Assembly: GCA_934102055.1 (NCBI GenBank)
Contig: CAKOSE010000003.1
Coordinates: 10,641-74,640, forward strand
From: an uncultured Bacilli bacterium
GTDB taxonomy: Bacteria; Bacillota_I; Bacilli_A; RF39; UBA660
Direction: 5' to 3'
Length of the DNA stretch: 64,000 nucleotides
Below are positions 63,747-64,000 of the stretch, in pieces; position 1 is the stretch's first letter, and each line of letters opens with the position of its first letter. The position numbers and the translations under genes were made by a program. Below the pieces are notes generated by a model that searched no databases, was not told the origin of the DNA, and saw only the letters and a program-made list of their open reading frames with translations.

Positions 63747-63823
63747 GTCCTGGTAGCTCAGCAGGATAGAGCAATGGCCTTCTAAGCCATCGGTCAGGGG
63801 TTCGAATCCCTTCCAGGACGCCA
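63747..63823 (+). tRNA. tRNA-Arg (anticodon TCT)
   Basis: Cloverleaf read by hand: acceptor GTCCTGG/CCAGGAC, D-arm GCTC..GAGC, anticodon arm ATGGC-CTTCTAA-GCCAT, T-arm AGGGG-TTCGAAT-CCCTT, discriminator G, encoded CCA. Confidence 0.9.
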
Positions 63824-63827
63824 TAAC

Positions 63828-63904
63828 CGGGAAGTGGCTCAACTTGGTAGAGCACTTGGTTTGGGACCAAGGGGTTGCAGGTTCAAATCCTGTCTTCCCG
63901 ACCA
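63828..63904 (+). tRNA. tRNA-Pro (anticodon TGG)
   Basis: Acceptor CGGGAAG/CTTCCCG, D-arm GCTC..GAGC, anticodon arm CTTGG-TTTGGGA-CCAAG, T-arm GCAGG-TTCAAAT-CCTGT, discriminator A, encoded CCA. Confidence 0.9.
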
Positions 63905-63916
63905 TTTATAAAATCT

Positions 63917-63941
63917 AAGAGCTCGTCAAGAGTTCTTTTTT
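63917..63941 (+). terminator. intrinsic terminator after the tRNA pair
   Basis: AAGAGCTC (63917-63924) pairs with GAGTTCTT (63930-63937), one G-U pair, followed by a T-run to 63941. Confidence 0.6.
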
Positions 63942-63956
63942 AATTAAGGAGAGCTT

Positions 63957-64000
63957 ATGAAAATAAGAAAAGTAGGCATTGCTGAACAAGATGATTGCAT
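63957..64000 (+). CDS. start of an unidentified CDS, truncated by the window end
   Basis: SD AAGGAGAG, then ATG at 63957 (MKIRKVGIAEQDDC...). Too short to classify. Confidence 0.3.
   Translation, partial: MKIRKVGIAEQDDC

Overview
This is a very AT-rich window (roughly 25-30% G+C by eye), densely coded and mostly plus-strand, from a spore-forming low-GC Firmicute. All product calls come from reading motifs in the supplied translations; no BLAST or HMM search was possible. Short ThrRS and AddB versions and a DUF285/BspA-type repeat protein suggest an Erysipelotrichia-like lineage, but that is inference only.

Most of the window is core genome:
- tig (5' partial), thiI, an alpha/beta SASP, addBA, phosphoketolase, an RNase J paralog
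- an LCP protein, recU-ponA, glmS, a GntR regulator, comEB
- a T-box(Thr)-controlled thrS operon, trmL
- rpsT-gpr-spoIIP-yqxA-like, tkt
- pilC-like plus prepilin peptidase
- radC-mreC-mreD-spoIVFA-spoIVFB
- rplS-lepB, a class B PBP, rpmG-efp-spoIIIAH, gerE, gerM
- tRNA-Arg(TCT) and tRNA-Pro(TGG)

Accessory-looking content:
- an AbiEi/AbiEii type IV toxin-antitoxin pair with a palindromic operator in its promoter
- a sortase coupled to an Asn/Tyr-rich polytopic membrane protein
- an AAA_14/DUF4143-type ATPase
- a 1213-aa mosaic surface protein

The most interesting signals:
1. Three paralogs share a ~190-aa TasA/camelysin-like N-terminal module. One stands alone behind a promoter with an A10 spacer tract. 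Two are fused to large passenger regions, and one of those sits directly after an orphan pilC-pilD pair.
2. The T-box(Thr) leader drives an unknown ORF, a thrS lacking the TGS domain, a second unknown ORF and a translationally coupled atypical kinase-like protein.
3. An LCP-PASTA fusion.
4. An RNase J paralog with several metal-ligand substitutions.
5. A terminator-flanked, G+C-richer intergenic element that may be a small RNA.

I saw no CRISPR array, transposase, integrase or rRNA gene.
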